From NCBI RefSeq assembly GCF_001194135.2, contig NC_068990.1, positions 45,895,879 through 45,959,878 on the forward strand: DNA of 64,000 bases, read 5' to 3'. Position 1 is the stretch's first letter. The number at the start of each line of letters is the position of its first letter. The DNA is from Octopus bimaculoides (taxonomy: Eukaryota). A program made the position numbers and the translations under genes. Below, piece after piece: positions 26,874 through 40,247 of the stretch. The notes beneath the pieces are model-generated. The model was not told the DNA's origin. It ran no database searches and saw nothing but the letters and a program-made list of their open reading frames with translations.

Positions 26874-29800
26874 AGAAAATTGCAGTGCAGGCAGAAATGG
26901 ATTCACAGAACACTATTACATCAGAATATACCATTTGAGAATCACTACTCTAAAGCCTGGATGATCTGGAAAATGACTGAGCCAGTAAGATAAACTACCA
27001 ATGACAGGCAACCAATAAACTAAACTGAATTCTGTGATATAACTAATTAATTAATTATAAGGATTTAAATGATGTTCTCATAACATTGAGAACAACAGAT
27101 AAATCTCTGTCTTTTGCTGATGCCCCCCCCCCCCNNNNNNNNNNNNNNNNNNNNNNNNNNNNNNNNNNNNNNNNNNNNNNNNNNNNNNNNNNNNNNNNNN
27201 NNNNNNNNNNNNNNNNNNNNNNNNNNNNNNNNNNNNNNNNNNNNNNNNNNNNNNNNNNNNNNNNNNNNNNNNNNNNNNNNNNNNNNNNNNNNNNNNNNNN
27301 NNNNNNNNNNNNNNNNNNNNNNNNNNNNNNNNNNNNNNNNNNNNNNNNNNNNNNNNNNNNNNNNNNNNNNNNNNNNNNNNNNNNNNNNNNNNNNNNNNNN
27401 NNNNNNNNNNNNNNNNNNNNNNNNNNNNNNNNNNNNNNNNNNNNNNNNNNNNNNNNNNNNNNNNNNNNNNNNNNNNNNNNNNNNNNNNNNNNNNNNNNNN
27501 NNNNNNNNNNNNNNNNNNNNNNNNNNNNNNNNNNNNNNNNNNNNNNNNNNNNNNNNNNNNNNNNNNNNNNNNNNNNNNNNNNNNNNNNNNNNNNNNNNNN
27601 NNNNNNNNNNNNNNNNNNNNNNNNNNNNNNNNNNNNNNNNNNNNNNNNNNNNNNNNNNNNNNNNNNNNNNNNNNNNNNNNNNNNNNNNNNNNNNNNNNNN
27701 NNNNNNNNNNNNNNNNNNNNNNNNNNNNNNNNNNNNNNNNNNNNNNNNNNNNNNNNNNNNNNNNNNNNNNNNNNNNNNNNNNNNNNNNNNNNNNNNNNNN
27801 NNNNNNNNNNNNNNNNNNNNNNNNNNNNNNNNNNNNNNNNNNNNNNNNNNNNNNNNNNNNNNNNNNNNNNNNNNNNNNNNNNNNNNNNNNNNNNNNNNNN
27901 NNNNNNNNNNNNNNNNNNNNNNNNNNNNNNNNNNNNNNNNNNNNNNNNNNNNNNNNNNNNNNNNNNNNNNNNNNNNNNNNNNNNNNNNNNNNNNNNNACA
28001 ACCAATGGTGGTGTGTTTATGTCCCTGTAACTTAGTGATTCGGCAAAGAGACCAATAGAATAAGTACTAGGCTTCCAAAGAATAAGTCCTGGGCTCGATT
28101 TGCTCGACTAAAGGCGGTGCTCCAGCATGGCCGCAGTCAAATGACTGAAACAAGTAAAAGAGTAAAAAGAGTAAAGAGCAAGGACTTTTCTAGCAAAATT
28201 ATACTGGACCTTGGCACATCATCAGTCAAATTTTCTGCTCACTAATAACACAATGTCCTGTTAATAATTTAATCCTGAAAAACATTGTAACTGATTTAAA
28301 TATTTTATTTCTAAAAAAAATCACGATATACTTAAAAAATCATCCAGTGCACCCTCAACATGTCTCCCCACCTTCTCCTGAGTTCACACTATCCCTCTTA
28401 AAGGGATGCTACCATCAAGATTAAGAATCCAGTTTGGAGTTTTTTACCCATTCCACTATTTCAACTCTACAATATATCTAACATGATACAAGCACCCCAC
28501 CTCTACATTACAGCTCTCTGAGGGGATGGCATTTTGTGCATAAAGTAATTGTAAAATATGACCAGTAATTTCAAAATATGGCCTATAATTTTGCTCTTAT
28601 GCATAAATTTTAAGAATGTAAAAACTACACTTTCTTCTCAGCCAAAAGTTTGCTTCTCAGTGTTTTACCTAATATCAAAGTAGTTAACAATTGGAAAAAC
28701 TATAATCACTACACATACATTGATGGATATTGCAATATTTAATCGTTTCTCTTTATGTTCTGAGTTCAAATCTGGCTCTATAACCAGTTGTTTATTCTTG
28801 AATGAACTGAGATGTTAACTGCCTCAACAGACAAAAGATAGAGTAAATACTTAAGACAGATAGATTGCTTGAAAAGAGATTGTTATTTCAATACATAGAT
28901 AAATGCATTAAAAAAATATTTATTTTGTAGCTGATTTTATTAATTTTTCAAAGCAAGATATGAATCTGAACATAGTTTCTTGTACATTTATTTTATTTCT
29001 TTTCCTGTTTAAAAGCTAGCATAAAAGATCTTTTTTTCTTCATAATTATATATAAATATTGATATATCCTGTGTAAATTCTCCCAAAAAATCTTCCTCTA
29101 AGATGTTCTTTCTGGCTATTTTAATCATTAAAAATATTTACTCAGCAATTGATTTTATTACTTTTTCTTTCAATGAAAAATATATTTCATGATAAATCAA
29201 AATCCCTACACCAGTCCTGGAGCCTTTATTTTTCTTGTATAAAACAAACTTGAACCGAGCACAAAGATTTCTTTTCTGTGAAAATATACTGCACAAACTT
29301 TCCTGAAAACCTTATATCTCAATGACATTTTATCTGATAACTATTAAAAAAATATAGGTAATCTTTTGTTTTAAGTATCTAGCAATAATCACTTTAATTG
29401 GAGACTAAAAAACAACAATAATCACCCATTAGCTTGTAACCAAAAACAATAATAAAGGAAGCCAATAGACTTTTTTTTACTTTCACACCGAAAGCTTATT
29501 TAGAAATTGTTTATGTATTGAAGAAAAATGACTGAACCTTTCAGATGCTGCTTATAAGAATTGTAGAAGTTTCTAACATCATTAGATGTAATGAATAATT
29601 CAGCGTTATGCTGTAATGAGTCATTGTGTTTGGAGTATAGCCAGACATGTTTAGATGGAAAAGCTTAGAGGTGTTACTGAAGCATTAGACAAGATTCTTT
29701 CATCTCAGGATGTTGTATCTCATTGCCTTGCCTTTTATAATAACTTATCTATGGGTGGGTATCAAGTGGCTGAGAACAATCTGTTGTATGGAGCAGGTTG

Positions 29801-30197
29801 TGTCTGTACAGAGGAAAAAAGTAAACAATCATTTCAAAGTTCAGTTTCATTTCACTGCTGAGTTTCCAGCTAATATTGTTTTGATTTTCACTTTCCCAAT
29901 ACTTAAAACAAGAGATTAACTAAATATTTGAATTTGTACATAGTTCTACTATAAAAAAAAGTGAAAGTAAATTGTCCTAAAAATGAAAGTCAACTGCAAT
30001 AGAAACTAGAAGTGACAACAGTGACTTTCCATAACTTCATGTAAACAATGTATAGAACCATACTTTTAATATAACATGAAAACCATACATATAATTTATG
30101 TAAGATGAAAACATCAATATCAGTCATTGATGCATGAAATGAGATTCATGAATAGATTTTCATGATCTCTAAATTTGTTTTGCTGCACATATACATG

Positions 30198-30434
30198 AAG
30201 ATATGATATAAATATATCATCACTTGTACCATATTGTTGCCCAAGTTTCTTCTTGGCAAGCATCTATAGCCTTCTTTTAGTCTGTGTAAGGATGCTATCA
30301 TTGTTTGGCTCAACAAAATTAAGTGTATGGTTGACAACTTAATGCATATAGAAATTGCTGACACCCACATAAGAAGCCAACCCATTAGATATCGAATATG
30401 TTTCATGAAATTTTGGTATTTTACTGTCATCACT
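30198..30434 (-). pseudogene. Merlin (IS1595/ISXO2-like) transposase fossil, C-terminal part
   Basis: A frame missing from the ORF track reads SISNGLASY...H*VVNHTLNFVEP...TQT..RL*MLAKKK....GTSDDIFISYL. The Merlin consensus is SD.W..Y...H..VNHS.NFVDP..HTQ.IE..W..AK...GTS....SYL. Confidence 0.75.
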
Positions 30435-31533
30435 TCAGGTTTCTGTTGCTTTTTACTTTCACCTTTTTACAATCGTAAACTGCATGTTAACCTCGAGTTC
30501 CTTGTGCCTTTATTTTCTTTTATTTATTTTTCATGTATAAAACTAGCCCCGCAAAAAGTGTAAAGGGTTTTTTCTTTCTATCACTGAATATCGATTTTAA
30601 GATATTCTTAATAAATTCTCCAAAAAATCTGATATCTCAATATTTTAATCTGGTTACTTTGACCTTTGTATATCTATTTTTCTGATGGTCAACAACATTG
30701 CAGGATATAACCAATTATATGACTGGATATAATCTAATTTGAAATTGGTCGATTAAATCATAGATGTCTTTTATATCCTGCATATATTTATCATCACTTC
30801 AACAATCATTTAATCAATATCAGAACAATTACTGCTAGGCATTAATAAAACTCATATATTGTCACCACCACACTAACTAATAACAATACTACAACTATTT
30901 TTGCACTGCCACCACCACCACCACCACTGGCAACAAGAACAACGCTATAGCCATTATATTACTACCACTACTAAAAACAACAACAGCCAGCAAATGAGCC
31001 TCTGTTGAATATCATTGCCAAATTTATACCATCTTAAATGAGGAAGGGCACACTAGATAAAATTCTTTCTTCTCTTGGTTTCATATCCATAGCCTTATAC
31101 AGAAGCCCTACGTTAGAGTTGCCATATCTAAACAGTCAGAATCCAGGACAGCTCTACTGACAGTCACCACGAATCTCTGTGGCTTCACCTAACACACACT
31201 TTGGGTTTTGGCATAATATATGTATAATGAGGACACATGGCCTAGTGGTTAGGGTGTTGCACTCAGAAATGCGAGACGGTGGTTTCAATTCAAAGAACTG
31301 AAACCACGATCTCACACCGGGTGGTGTGTTGTGTTCATAAGAAAAACACTCCATCTCAAGTTGCTCAGCGATCACTCCAATAGCTGATGTGTGGTACACC
31401 GTGCACCAGTTCAGGCAGTATCGGTTTGAGGGAGACGGTGAGCTAATGTACAGCCAATAATTTGTGCAGGTGGTCTGACAAAAGCTGAATGCTCATACAA
31501 TATTTTCGACAGGAGAGTCCATATACATACATA

Positions 31534-31581
<48 letters not shown>

Positions 31582-32233
31582 TATATATAATATATATATA
31601 CACACATATATATTTTTATATACACACATACANNNNNNNNNNNNNNNNNNNNNNNNNNNNNNNNNNNNNNNNNNNNNNNNNNNNNNNNNNNNNNNNNNNN
31701 NNNNNNNTTTAACATCTGTTTTCCATGCTGGCATGGGTAAAAACAGCTTGAGGCTATAGTGCCACATAGTGGGACTGAACCCGGAACCATGTGATTGGTA
31801 AGCAAGCTACTTATCATACAGCTACTCCTGTGCCTGTATGATATATATATATATATACTACACTCTCTGAGTGGTTGGCGTTAGGAAGGGCATCCAGCTG
31901 TAGAAACTCTGCCAAATTAGATTGGAGCCTGGTGTTGCCATCCGGTTTCACCAGTCCTTAGTCAAATCGTCCAACCCATGCTAGCATGGAAAGCGGACGT
32001 TAAACGATGATGATGATGATGATGATATCTATATATATATAGAGAGAGAAAGATCAAATGGCTAAGGTCAGGTTGAGTATGAAGTTGGAGTATTTCCAGA
32101 AGCACTTGACCTGGATACTGGGCTATCAACACTGTTGGGATCCAAGCCAAAGCCAGAATACTTCAGATGTAGAAAATCCAAGTTTCATGATGATTATACC
32201 ATCAAATGTGTTTTGTGAAGAGTAAATAATCCA

Positions 32234-32420
32234 ATGAAAAGAAGACAAAAAAATTTCATGAATACATCTTTAATTATAAGTTACAAATGCTTCTATACCG
32301 CCTCCATTAGCAGTTTACGCAAAATACCAGTTTATGCAAAAATTCTGAATGAAATATCTCATAATATTTGTGGTTTTAGACATTGGAGAGGCACTTCATC
32401 AGATTTGCATCTCAGGCATG
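32234..32420 (+). mobile_element. Possible ancient LINE RT remnant
   Basis: KILNEISHNICGFRHWRGTSSDLHLRH weakly resembles Q.GFR..RGT.D.IF.LR. Confidence 0.35.
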
Positions 32421-35400
32421 CTATTAGCTATTACATTGTGTGTCCTTCAGACATTGTTGTTAGGAAAATATTGGGAGGATATATACATATATATCATCAC
32501 CATTTAATGTCTGTTTTCCAGGAGCTACATCAAGCTCCACTGTCTCTTTTGGCTTGGTGCCCTTCCTAAAGCCAACTATTTTATAGTGCATACTAAGGGA
32601 TTTTTGCATGGCACCAGCACCAGTGCTTTTTACATATGATAGTATCAATTTAACCTGTCATATGCTCTGCCAAAACATGTTTGTTGTGTGGTCGTATCAG
32701 GTTGTATCTGTGTCATACATTATTGTTACTAAATGAATGATTCCTGTTGTTAACCATAGGACACCCCAAAACATTGGGAATAGTACAAGGACAAAAAAAG
32801 GGGGGTTGCTATTTGCATTGAGTAAAAAAATAAATAAAGTGAAATAAGAGCAAAATCAGCATTAACAAGAAGAAAAAGATCTTCATAAAAGAGTAGACAG
32901 CTTTATAGTTCCAGAAGGCCAATGTAGACAAGCATGGCTAAAGGAGCCTCCTCTAACTTTACTATGTGTGTACAAAGTCAAACATGAAGAACTAGAGAAA
33001 GTACCTGTGATTTAATGTTGATTAATTCCAGGTCAACTCTGATAAAACTATATTGTCTAATGTATCCTTCCTTTTCATTGATCTTTGGGACCCAGTATTT
33101 TAAGGTGTAAAATTCAATGAAAATTAAATGTTATTCATAACACTCAATAAGTGGAAACCATTTGTGCCGGCCTTAAGCAAGGAAATAAATAGTACTGTGG
33201 CACAATATCATCCTTCTTGTTTTTTTTAACTTTATATAGTTTAAGGAAGATTTGGTTGCTATTTCTGGCTGATCGACAGACAACATATAGATTTTGTGTA
33301 TGCTGTTCCCATGGGGACAAACAGTCAAGGGTTCTGGTATGTCAGGCAATGAATGGCTGCTGAGAGGATAAAAATTATAGAATTTTATGTGCCAGTAACT
33401 TTTTTTATTATAATTTCTAGAAAAATAAAAAGTGAATGCAATTTTTATCATCAGCATGTGAAACTATATCAGAACTATCATTTTTTGAAACTAATTTGAA
33501 AATGGTGAAAATTTGAAAAACTTCAAGTGGATGGAAGAAATTTAAGAAAATCCCTTTCTTTTTATGATAGAGAGCAAGGTGTAATTTGAAGAAATTAGGC
33601 TGCTAATTAATTAATTAGGCATGATTAATTAATTAGGCTACCTACAGAGTGAGTGACCACACATTGGATTCTTTGACTGTTTTGAGGGACCTACTGAAGA
33701 ACTTGTCTTTGACATAACAGATGATTTCTAACACTGAATAAATGATAGATTTATTAAAAAATTATAATAATGATTTCATTTCCTCATTAAAAGAGCCATA
33801 TTAGCTATTTATGAACACACAAAATCTTGCATTTTTGTCTCTCCTTAAATGGCAAAAATGATTCTTCTATGACATCATTACTATGAGTTTCAACATACGG
33901 TCTTGGATCAAGTGACTTGCCAAACAAGTACAGCTCTGAAATAATTTCATTATTTCCATATACATATATACATATACATATATATAAATATATGTATATA
34001 TATATATATATATATATACATATNNNNNNNNNNNNNNNNNNNNNNNNNNNNNNNNNNNNNNNNNNNNNNNNNNNNNNNNNNNNNNNNNNNNNNNNNNNNN
34101 NNNNNNNNNNNNNNNNNNNNNNNNNNNNNNNNNNNNNNNNNNNNNNNNNNNNNNNNNNNNNNNNNNNNNNNNNNNNNNNNNNNNNNNNNNNNNNNNNNNN
34201 NNNNNNNNNNNNNNNNNNNNNNNNNNNNNNNNNNNNNNNNNNNNNNNNNNNNNNNNNNNNNNNNNNNNNNNNNNNNNNNNNNNNNNNNNNNNNNNNNNNN
34301 NNNNNNNNNNNNNNNNNNNNNNNNNNNNNNNNNNNNNNNNNNNNNNNNNNNNNNNNNNNNNNNNNNNNNNNNNNNNATATATATATATATATATATATAT
34401 ACATACATATACACACACAAAATGATAATAATTCTCCCGAGTATTATGTGGTGACCTACTTCATAGCATCTGTGTTTACTCACGACATGCGATCTCGTCT
34501 GTAATGTAGATATTCACGACATGTGATCACATCTGTAAGGAATACTCTGTGTCATCTAGTTAAGAACTTGGCAAAAAATACACTTTCTACTCACTTCTTA
34601 TTTATCTATTTTACACACACACACGAGTATATATATGAATACACAGAAACACACACACAAATATAGATATATATATACATATATACACATGTATATATCA
34701 ATATCTAAACACACACACACACATATATACTCACACACATGTAGTTTTTGTAACATTTAATTTAAAAGGGCTGCTCTAAAATAACCTTAAACCCTGCATG
34801 ATCCTCTGCAGTTTACCAGTAACTGACATTGTATAACATTTTTATTTTTCTTTGCTTTCTCACATTTGTAGCAGACAGAAAGGAACATATTGATTAAATG
34901 ACATTTCTTTCATAACCTTGCTTGTATTAAACCATCTGCAACTTCGAGGATTGGTTGTATTGGTGTTGTCAGTGATGGTAGTGATGTGGTGGTGTTGGTT
35001 CAGGGATCTGATGTAGTTGGTGGTTTGGTAGTGATGATGCTTTACGGTGAGTAATGAATTACTGAAATACTTGAGGTTACAGATGACTAGAGAAGGAAGA
35101 AAGTTTGTACTAGTGGTGGAGAGCCATAGGAGAAAAGTAAAAAAATGGAGCTTCCGGTTCAACTGACTTAAATTGTTTCTTTATAAAGGCTTGAATCTTA
35201 GGAATTTTAGAGGGGACAGGAAATGGGGAGTTGAGATATACCACACCCATGCTCTCAAGTTTCCGTCATCTTCACCCCATTTCTACATAACTTAGTTTCA
35301 GCAAATGGGAGAACCACAGGGAACCACTATATGGTTGCTCAGTTTGCAAGAAATAACAGTCAGGATATATTGGATAATGTAATCCTAGATATGCAATGCC

Positions 35401-35964
35401 AGATAAAAGGATGGCAGGGGAGGAAGTCAAAGCTGGAATATCTGTCATCATTGCAGTCAGGGATGAACTAGGGTTAAACAACAACAAAATTTACAGCAAC
35501 AGCAGCAGCAGAGCTACATGTTGCAATTGTGACCTGGTTTCGATTCTTGGTCGATCAAGTTTACTTATACTATTGCTGCACTTCAGGGAGTGGTTAAGAA
35601 GTTCACTTTGCAACTCCATGCTTTCAGGTTCAGTCTCATTGTGCAGCATCTTGAGCAAGTGTTTACTACTATAACTCCAGGCTGCTTAATGCTTTGGTAG
35701 TTAATTTGGTAGATGGAAACTGTGTGGAAACCTGTTGTATACGTGCGTGTGTGTCTTTGTGTCTGTGTTTGTCCTCACCTCTTGAAAACAAGTATCGGTT
35801 TGTTTACATCTGATAACTTCACATTCCAGTAAAAAAAGACCAATGGAATAAGTACTAGACTCAAAAAACAAGTACTAAGGTCGATTTGTTTGATTAAAGC
35901 CCTTCAAGGCAGTGCCCCAGCATGGCAGCAGTCCAATGATTGACACAAGTAATAAATAAAAGAT

Positions 35965-36388
35965 ATGGACATCACATTAGTGCCTCAAGACTGGATTGAT
36001 GCCATTTTAGTCTCCTTGTATAAATCGGGGCCAAAGGATCTGTGTGGTAATTTTTGTGGAATTTCGCTTTCGTCTGTGGTTGGAAAGGTACTTGCCCACA
36101 TTTTGTTAGAATGTTTAAATACCTTTATAGTTCCAAATATAGTGTCTGAATCTCAGTGTGGTTTTCGTTCCTCCAGAGGCACAATTGATTGTATCTTTAC
36201 TGTCAGGCATTTACAAGAAAAGTGCATTGAACAGAATCTTGCTCTATACCATTGCTTTGCTGGTTTGAGCAAAGCATTCGATACTATTAATCGAAATGCT
36301 CTGTGACTAATACTAAGGTAAATAGGTTTCCCAGAAAAATTTGTAAACATGATCAGGGCTTTGCATCAAGATATGAAAGCTAGAGTTA
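35965..36388 (+). mobile_element. RTE (BovB-like) LINE reverse-transcriptase fragment
   Basis: PQDWIDAILVSLYK...GISLSSVVGKVLA...SESQCGFRSSRGTIDCIFTVRHLQEKCIEQN...SKAFDTINRNAL*...MIRALHQDMKARV. The in-frame stop TGA replaces the conserved W. Confidence 0.88.
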
Positions 36389-36498
36389 AAGCTAGGCTCA
36401 CAAAGAATAAATCCTTAGGTCGATTTGCTCGACTAAAGGCGCTGCTCCAGCATGGCCACAGTCAAATGACTGAAACAAGTAAAAGAGTAAAGAGTACA

Positions 36499-36543
<45 letters not shown>

Positions 36544-38694
36544 TATATAATATATATACACATATATATTATATACATACTTACAAACACACATACACAC
36601 ACACGACAGTGTTACTGTTATTATGATGATAACATTGGAAATTTAGCAGACATAGAAATAATTAAAATTTAACTTTCATCACATTACATGGTGCATATAC
36701 AAAATAATGAAATGAATACTAATTTTAAAAAGAAAACTATTTATTACTTTAAAATAAAATTAAGTATAACAAATTTTTCGCTTGTATAACCCTTGCCATA
36801 ACTACTCTCTCTCTCCTTCACCCTCTCTTGTCTCCATGATTCTTTCTTTCTCAGTATGTGAGTATAGTGTTCCTTTACTTATTGCCTGTCACCAAGTTTA
36901 CACTTAGAGGGTGCACTCATTCTGCACCCTTTAAGCTATATTTTACAGCGTACAAGTCAACATGGTATATGGAGTAAACATGTAGTGTAAACATCTAAAC
37001 AGCATCACTCACTTTCCAATGGAAGTTTGGGTCTTCCAAAGTCATCTTGGTGAATAAGTTGACCAGCCTATTCTTGGCTGTAGATTATAATCATGGTCAG
37101 AAAAATTCAACTTGCATGCAGGAAAATAATTGTACCTTACTGGAGAAATCAACCAAATAATATTATATTGGCTATAACTATACATAGATACAAATGCATG
37201 CATGTGTGCATAAACATACGCATATAGCAATAAAGTTGCAATATATACATGTTAGTACATGATATGTATTCAACTTTTGTTCAGTGGTTAGGTAAATGAG
37301 TTGTAAAGGACACGTAAATTAATCTGGATGTTGACTGGTTATGAACACTTAAATGTTAACAATTCAAAGTGTAGTCGATGACCACAAATGTATAACTGTT
37401 CAAGTCGATTATATAATAATAAAAAAAAATAAGGCAGAAAAAGAGGCAGAGATATAAATTACATGACAGCTTTGTGTCCGTCTGTCTCTCTGTTTGTCTG
37501 TCTGTCTTTATCTGTTTCTCTCTCTCTCTCTCTCTCTTTCACTCTCTCAAGTATATGAGATAGATTTTCATGGGCAAACAAACATATATAGATTAACTAA
37601 TAAAAGAATAGGAATAAATAAGAGAAAGAGAGAAAAAGAAAACTGCAAGAGAAAGAGGGAAACATGAAAAAGAATGGATAAAAGAAAAATATTGAAACAA
37701 AAACAGAAAAGGAGAAAAAAAATGGTAAAAAAAGAGAAAAAGAAATCCTATATTTTTTTAGTAATTTCTGGTCAGTTTTTACAATCAAGTTTCTAGTGTA
37801 TTCAATACCAATATTTCCATCTAATTTACTATTCAAGCTGTAGGTTTAAAAACTAGTATTGTGAATGGACATTTCCATAGAAAGTTTTAGAAAAAACACC
37901 AGATGGTTATTGAATACAAAAGCTGCTTTTCTATGTTTTTTTCTTTTTCTTTCACAGTTTGGAATAATAAATAATGAGTGATTCTATAGAGATTTGGTTA
38001 TATTCAAGTAGAAATTTGAATGTAATTCAAAGAGATTCTACAAGTATTTTCAGAATTGCTGCCAGTTGAGTTGATTGTATCACAATCGACTCAACCTATG
38101 AAGCTGAACAATTGGTTGAATAACATTCTATAAGCTGCCAGAAGTGCTATGTGGCTTGAAACATTTCTTTTTAAATGGTGGACTTCAAGTTCACATAGTT
38201 GGAGATGTAAAGTAGCAGGGGTTATTTGTCTATGCCTAAGTTAGCACCTATCAAACAAATTCATAATAAAAAAATGCCAACTGTGACCATCCCATCTTTG
38301 TAGGCATATTATAATTACATCAAATGATATGTTATCAAATGTGTTCTATCCTGATTTAAAATGCTATTAAAGTGTGATTTTCAAGGATATTTGGTTGCTA
38401 TTTCTACTACAGCCAATAAACACGTACAAACTTTCTCATTGGCTTGTGATAGGAGTCTGGGATCTTTTCTGTTTGGCTGCCAACATCAATTTCTGTTCAA
38501 ATTGATTTCATATTCAGTGTAATAATACGCTTTTATAGACTAATGAATGGCATGAAAATCATTTTTGCTATAAATCAATAAATAAAGAGTTACTGGCAAT
38601 TAAAGTTTGAAAATTTTGGGTAATTTTAGCCAATCGTAAGCCACAGACATTCATGCCTGTTTTCATAGTAACAAGCAGAACATGAGAACTCCAA

Positions 38695-39170
38695 CCACTC
38701 TGAGAGTGTAGTGGGTGCTTTTACGTGACACCGGCATGCAGGCCAGTCAGGCGGTACTGGCAATGGCCACGCTCAAAATGGTGTATTTTATATGCCACCT
38801 GCACAGGAACCAGTCCAGCGGCACTGACAATGATCTTGCTCGAATGACTTTTCACGTGCCAGGAACACGAAGCTGCGGCACAAGTGCCAGGAAGGTGATG
38901 CTGGTAACGATCACGCTCGAACGGTGGTGCCATCACGATTTCGCTTTTGCTTGCCCTAACAAGTCTTCGCAAGAAGAGTTTAGTGTCCAATGGAGGAGAC
39001 ATTGGCATGAGGGTCAGTTGTCGAATTTAGTTCGATTTCAATTTCACTTGCCTCAACAGGTCTTAGCAAGCGGAGTTTAGTGTCCAATGGAGGAAAGGTA
39101 CGCATAAGTGGGCTGGCTACATCCCTGGCAGAGGCCTTGGATTTTGGTCTCACTTGGCTTGCCGGCTCTT
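38695..39170 (-). mobile_element. Related RTE-type 3' UTR repeat, CpG-rich and so probably younger
   Basis: The reverse complement shares the gtggcacgtaaaagcacc-type units and gcaagccaagtgagacc with 20100-20400. Contains an internal direct repeat gagtttagtgtccaatggagga. Confidence 0.5.
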
Positions 39171-39328
39171 ATATATATATATTATTGTAGGTGTCAACGT
39201 TCTTGTAATATTTGGTTAATAACTGAAGAGGGATTTGAGCATGCCCACATATATTACGTGTGTTTTCCAGATATTCCAATTGTCTTTCTGTGTCAGATTT
39301 TTATGATTATTATTATCATTATTATTAA

Positions 39329-39520
39329 GGTGGTGAGCTGGCAGAATCGTTAGCACGATGGGCAAAATGCTTAGCAGCATTTTGTATGTCTTTACATTCT
39401 GAGTTCAAATTTCGTTGAGGTCAACTTTGCCTTCTGTCCTTTTGTGGTTGATAAAATGAATATCAGTTGAGCTCTTAGGTTGATGTAATTGACTTACCTC
39501 AAAATTTGAAATTATTATTA
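39329..39520 (+). mobile_element. SINE family B, flanked by (ATT)n
   Basis: Head ggtggtgagctggcagaatcgttagc... with B-box-like gagttcaaatt, then a conserved gaggtcaactttgcctt...gataaaat core. Minus-strand copies at about 5260-6235 (several), 9240-9700, 47475-47640, 53310-53425, 60822-61026 and 63315-63445. Confidence 0.75.
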
Positions 39521-40071
39521 TTTTATATGTATCTATACACATACAAGTTTCAGAATTTCTACAGCAGCCATAAAAAAATATAATTGTTTCCATGGAAATA
39601 ATGTTGCTCAATTGTAAAAGGAATTCCTTAGAATTCCTACAAGTTTTCAATTTTGTATTATTTTATTTGGAGTATCAAGAATGATTACAAGTATTGGGGG
39701 TTAAAGTATCATATAATTTTATTTTCCTGTATTTAAGTAGTTCTCAAATGATTTGCTATGAAATCATTTTGTACCACCAATTTCTATTCTTTCTTTTTTA
39801 AAAATACATTAAAAAAAATACACACTTTTTAAGAGTATCACATATAAAAGGTTTAGAAGTACTTAATCTATTAAACCATAGATTTTTTCTTTCTTCTTTT
39901 CAAAGTATCAAGTAAGCTGAATTTGATTCGTTTAGGAAGAATCAGAGACTGCACAAAGCTGACAAAGTCTGGTAGCTAAATTAATGCTTCTAAAAGCCAG
40001 CTCTAAGTTAATAAACTATAACAGAATTAATTACTACAGTATCTAGAGCATAGCTTATAAATAAATGCATA

Positions 40072-40247
40072 TCATATTAACTGTGTTTAAGTTGCACTCC
40101 TATTTCAGTGTTCAGTGTCGGTAGAAAATTTTTTTCTCTTCATATTCAAACTTGATATCAGCTTTATCCCATGTATAAGTTGCACCCAAGTTCTTTTGAT
40201 TAAAATCACATAAAAAACGTGTGCAACTTATACATGAATAAATACAG
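40072..40247. mobile_element. Tc1/pogo-type MITE (176 bp)
   Basis: TA on both sides. Right TIR gtgcaacttatacatgaataaatacag; degenerate left TIR tcatattaactgtgtttaagttgcac; an internal repeat of tgtataagttgcac. Confidence 0.6.

Noticed and set aside
29655-29861. 68-aa plus-strand ORF MEKLRGVTEAL...
   Set aside because: No recognisable motif or convincing splice pair.
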